Assembly (NCBI RefSeq): GCF_000014785.1 | Contig: NC_008340.1 | Location: 1,290,001 to 1,322,000, forward strand | Origin: Alkalilimnicola ehrlichii MLHE-1 | GTDB taxonomy: Bacteria > Pseudomonadota > Gammaproteobacteria > Nitrococcales > Halorhodospiraceae | Length of the DNA stretch: 32,000 bases | Reading direction: 5' to 3' | Shown: in pieces, positions 28,807 through 32,000 of the stretch | How positions within the stretch are numbered: the first letter of the stretch is position 1 | Layout of the letters: each line of letters opens with the position of its first letter | The notes under the pieces: generated by a model | What the model saw: only the letters and a program-made list of their open reading frames with translations | Told to the model about the DNA's origin: nothing | Databases searched by the model: none | Program-made: the position numbers and the translations under genes

Positions 28807-29302
28807 TGTCGCGATAGCTGGCGTGCACCGGCACGGCGGCCTTCAACGTTTGCGCCACCACACAGTACCGTTCGGTGAGTTCCAGGAGCGTATCCAGTTG
28901 CTCCGCTGACGCGGGGGATTGCAGCGCGATCTCCAGGCGGATCTCCTTGAAACCCACCGGTGCCTCCTTCGAGATGCCCAGCGTGCCACGGAAATCCAGG
29001 TCCCCCTCAGCACGTAATGTGCACTCTTCGATGGGGATTTCCAAGGACGTTGCCACCGCCGATAAGGTGACACCGGCACACGCCACCAGCGCCTCCAGCA
29101 GCATGTCCCCGGAACAGGCCTGGGTGCCGGGACCACCGGTTGCGGGGTGCAGCCCGGCCTCGACCAGCGCCTTGCCGGTGGCCAGACTGCACGAGACCCC
29201 TTCGCCGACACGGCCCTCCGCCTTCAGCGTGACGAGGGCCGATTCCGGGGATTGACGGTATTGCTCCTTGAGCGGTGCCTGGATGGACCGGAGATCAGTC
29301 AT
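28796..29302 (-). CDS. OsmC family peroxiredoxin-like protein
   Basis: The internal ATG at 29302 (MTDLRSIQ..) has an AAGAGG ribosome-binding site. Two conserved Cys contexts are present (ACSGDMLLEAL and ERYCVV). Confidence 0.8.
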   Translation of the reverse strand: MTDLRSIQAPLKEQYRQSPESALVTLKAEGRVGEGVSCSLATGKALVEAGLHPATGGPGTQACSGDMLLEALVACAGVTLSAVATSLEIPIEECTLRAEGDLDFRGTLGISKEAPVGFKEIRLEIALQSPASAEQLDTLLELTERYCVVAQTLKAAVPVHASYRDNAQ

Positions 29303-29399
29303 GGCGGGTTCCTCTTGGTTGCAAAAGTGCATAGGGAGGACTTGCCAGGGCGGCGTAGCCCCGCTGCCTCACGCAATTCGGGGCTATACAGCCCCTTCT

Positions 29400-29436
29400 G
29401 CCGCACTATAGCCTGAGCAGTTCTGGAAGGAGGCAC
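29400..29436. repeat. 37-nt direct repeat, copy B
   Basis: gccgcactatagcctgagcagttctggaaggaggcac. It is preceded by the hairpin GGGGCTatacAGCCCC at 29379-29394. Confidence 0.75.
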
Positions 29437-29454
29437 GGTGCCCGAGGCTATCTG

Positions 29455-29750
29455 CTAACTGACACTTTGAACGGCCCTGCATTTGGGATACCCCGAGCAA
29501 CCCCAGAATTGATTGCCTGCATTCGCGCCCCGCTTGGCCGTGCGCAAGACCATGTCGTTACCACACCTGGGACACTTCCGCTCTGCCGTCGGGTCGGACC
29601 GAGACCGGAGCTGTTGGACGTGCTGGCGATGCGTCTTCCGTGTTGGCTCCAATCGGCCAGACTTGATCTGCGACAGGAGGTCTTGTACCTCGGACTCACT
29701 CAGCACCGGCTCAGTGAATGACTTGATGTACGTGATGTAGGCGCCGCCCC
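29455..29750 (-). pseudogene. NERD-domain protein, 3' half (linker plus topoisomerase-type C4 zinc finger), separated from its 5' half by an IS
   Basis: ..GGAYITYIKSFTEPVLSESEVQDLLSQIKSGRL..CPRCGNDMVLRTAKRGANAGNQFWGCSGYPKC. The frame continues upstream of the nominal GTG start, right up to the IS end. Confidence 0.8.
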
Positions 29751-31682
29751 CCCAAGTTCCACAGTTAACGCCGTAACTATCTGATCCTGTTAGGCCCGGA
29801 ATTCGAAAAATGCCACAACACGGTCAACGCGGGGCCTTCGGAACCTCCACGCCGGCGGCTTCGAAAAGGTCCAGCTGTTCCTGGTTGGGTCGGGTAAGCC
29901 CTTCGTAGGCGCGGCTACCCACACGCACCGTGTGCCGCTGGATTTGCCGCAGGCTCCGTAGCAGCTTTTCCGGTGAGCAGGCGCTGCCGGCGGCCTTGAG
30001 GCGCCCGCGCAAGACCCGGTAGAGCACCAGCGCGAGGAAGCAAATCATCGCGTGCGCCCGAATGCGCTCCGGCAGCCGGTGGTAGACCGGCGCGATTTCA
30101 ATCTCGCTCTTGAGTACCCGGAATCCACGCTCGATATCGGCCAGGGAGCGGTAACGCTCTACCACAGCTTCCGCCCCCATGTCGGTGAGGCTGGTAACCA
30201 GCAGTAGCTTGCCGTCCAGACGTTCGGCAGCCGCCCAGGCGGGCTCATCGATGGTGTAGCTGAATTGCGGCGAGCCGAGATCGGCCTTGATGATCGCGCT
30301 CATGCGCCTCTCCAGCACGGCCTTGTGGAAGCGCTGGTAGGCACTACGGTCGGTGGAACGCCGCCCACGACCGGGCTGGCCAGCATCCTGATTATCGAGT
30401 CGCTCGGCGAGTTGGGCACCAAGGGCGTCAAGCTCTTCGATGGTCTGCCGACGCTGCGCGCTCTGCTCGGCGGCCCGTTCGGCATTGTGGGCCACCACCA
30501 GGCGTCGGCCCTGCCAGGTGGTTTCGGTCACCACGTCCTGACTAGGCTCGGTGACGGCGGTTTCCAGTTGCGTATGCAGAGACTCCATCACCTCGGTGAA
30601 GTCCCCGTAACGCCGGGCGGGTACAGCCAGAATGTAGTCGACCGTCAGCCCCTGCTCGACGCCCAGTGCCTCCAGAGTGTCGATGTTATCGAAGCTGAGC
30701 AGGCCGCGGTCGGCGACCACTACCACGCGGGCGAGCGCGAAACGCTCCAGCAGACGTTCAATCATTGGGGCCAGGGTGCGCGTCTCGGCGACATTCCCCT
30801 CGAAGACCTCGTGGGCGATCGGCAGGCCTTCGGCAGTCTGGACCACCCCCAGCGCAAATTGGCGGCCAATACCGGCGGTGTCCTTGCTGAGGCCATGCTG
30901 ACGGATATCGTCTTCCATCGCATGGGTGCCGTGGATGCGTACCGTGGTGAGATCGTAAAAGATGACGCTGAGATCCTGGTCAAGCAGCGGCCGCAACTGG
31001 CCGGCTACCGCACGCTCCACGGCCTCCTTGTGGTCCTCCAACGCATCCATGGCACGCAGGAGTTGCTCGTGGTGCACGGTCGAGGCATCGAGCCCGGGCA
31101 TGCTGGTGCTCTCGCGCAACCACTCCAGCGTGCCGCGTTTGCTGCTCGGCTCAGCGAGGCGGTTGAAAACCATGGCTCGGATGAGTGCCTCGGCATCGAA
31201 CTGTCGTCGGGAGGAGCGCAGAGCCCGTTTCAAGGCCCCATCCAGGCCTAACTCCTGCCAGAGCTGATGGAGGGTCCACACATCGCCAAAGGCGCGGGCG
31301 GTCTCGAACTGAGGCGCTTCAGGCAATGATTCAGGACGCCCCACCGCCCGTTGGAGTCCCTTGATGAGCGGCTCCAGGTCAGCTGCCTCAAGCTGATCAA
31401 GGCGACCCAGGCTGGCTACCACACGCTGTTTAACCTTGCCGTTGGCGTCTCGGTAGCCCTCGACCAACTGCAAATAGCGGCGCGGGCCGGACTTTGTGAT
31501 GCGCGTGTACATGGCATGACATTATGCCACCCAGAGACCTGCAATCAATAGCCAGCTTAGGATTCGCGTGACACAACAGCGGCTTGGCTGGTTCTGGCCG
31601 CGCAGATCAATCGCTTCAAGCACTTACGTCCCACAACCCCTTGGGTTTTCGGTCTGAAGTGTGGAACTTGGGCGCCCCAGGT
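29751..31682 (-). mobile_element. IS1634/IS4-family insertion sequence (about 1.93 kb)
   Basis: Perfect 13-bp terminal inverted repeats: cccaagttccaca (29751-29763) and tgtggaacttggg (31670-31682). They are flanked by a 6-bp direct duplication, CGCCCC (29745-29750 and 31683-31688). The element holds a single transposase ORF. Confidence 0.85.
29824..31512 (-). CDS. IS1634/IS4 family DDE transposase
   Basis: 562 aa. MYTRITKSGPRRYLQLVEGYRD.NGKVKQRVVASLGRLD.. is a typical IS1634-group N-terminus. VVVADRGL and YRSLADIERGFRVLKSEIEIAPVYH are present. Confidence 0.9.
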   Translation of the reverse strand: MYTRITKSGPRRYLQLVEGYRDANGKVKQRVVASLGRLDQLEAADLEPLIKGLQRAVGRPESLPEAPQFETARAFGDVWTLHQLWQELGLDGALKRALRSSRRQFDAEALIRAMVFNRLAEPSSKRGTLEWLRESTSMPGLDASTVHHEQLLRAMDALEDHKEAVERAVAGQLRPLLDQDLSVIFYDLTTVRIHGTHAMEDDIRQHGLSKDTAGIGRQFALGVVQTAEGLPIAHEVFEGNVAETRTLAPMIERLLERFALARVVVVADRGLLSFDNIDTLEALGVEQGLTVDYILAVPARRYGDFTEVMESLHTQLETAVTEPSQDVVTETTWQGRRLVVAHNAERAAEQSAQRRQTIEELDALGAQLAERLDNQDAGQPGRGRRSTDRSAYQRFHKAVLERRMSAIIKADLGSPQFSYTIDEPAWAAAERLDGKLLLVTSLTDMGAEAVVERYRSLADIERGFRVLKSEIEIAPVYHRLPERIRAHAMICFLALVLYRVLRGRLKAAGSACSPEKLLRSLRQIQRHTVRVGSRAYEGLTRPNQEQLDLFEAAGVEVPKAPR

Positions 31683-32000
31683 CACGCTGGCGGGCATGGG
31701 CGTCTTGAACCTACTTGCACCCGTGAACACCACCACGGAATGGATGTGCTCTGGCGGGACACCAAGCGCTGACTCCAGTGCCTTCACGTGCTTGTAATTC
31801 TGGCGAAGGGGGTTCTGGAACTTGAAGGTTTTCTTGTAGATCTTCTGCGTCCACTGAGCCTGACGCTCGCCGCCGAAAATCCAGCCCTTCATGTTCTTTG
31901 TCTCTACCACGAAGATGCCGTAGCGAGACACGAAGATATGGTCGATCTGCGTGGTTCCGTCCGGTGTGGGTAGCGTGACGTTGTGCAGTCGGTGGTATTT
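31683..32000 (-). pseudogene. NERD-domain protein, 5' part (runs off the window edge), interrupted by the IS
   Basis: ..HNVTLPTPDGTTQIDHIFVSRYGIFVVETKNMKGWIFG..WTQKIYKKTFKFQNPLRQNYKHVKALE..VVVFTG...FKTPMPASVTWG. The frame then reads into the IS inverted repeat. Confidence 0.8.

Noticed and set aside
30265-31251. 328-aa plus-strand ORF inside the IS
   Set aside because: It is antisense to the 562-aa IS1634-type transposase and has no motifs of its own.

Overview
High-GC proteobacterial-type chromosomal window, apparently in two parts.

**1-24.3 kb: core genome, dominated by phosphate and second-messenger signalling.**
- Genes: a hydantoinase B/oxoprolinase-family gene, phoB-phoR, a PstS-like mini-protein + outer-membrane barrel + HAMP-PAS-GGDEF-EAL sensor triad, a HelD/UvrD-like helicase, an orphan PAS histidine kinase, pstS, a porin, a Crp/Fnr regulator, a PAS-GGDEF cyclase, a PAS protein, a CheB-CheR-PAS fusion, a BON lipoprotein and monomeric isocitrate dehydrogenase.
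- Regulatory sites: pstS is preceded by a triple Pho-box array and followed by an intrinsic terminator. phoB has a weaker Pho-box candidate upstream.

**24.3-32 kb: an accessory, defence-island-like region.** It starts right after the icd terminator and looks visibly more A/T-rich.
- A decayed type I R-M locus: an hsdM stub, an hsdR N-terminal stub and no hsdS.
- A RhuM/Doc-type Fic protein.
- An OsmC gene.
- A NERD-domain gene split by an IS1634/IS4-like element. The 13-bp inverted repeats and 6-bp target duplication can be read directly.
- Two 37-nt direct repeats that bracket a 3.6-kb cassette.

**Main candidate for a new system.** Inside that cassette is a translationally coupled gene pair:
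- a MazG-like NTP pyrophosphohydrolase;
- a 793-aa protein that fuses a PD-(D/E)xK nuclease-like N-terminus, a DUF2075/Schlafen-like P-loop NTPase and a C-terminal LexA/UmuD-type S24 autoprotease. The autoprotease keeps an intact AAG cleavage motif and Ser/Lys dyad.

All family assignments come from reading motifs by eye. No database searches were run.
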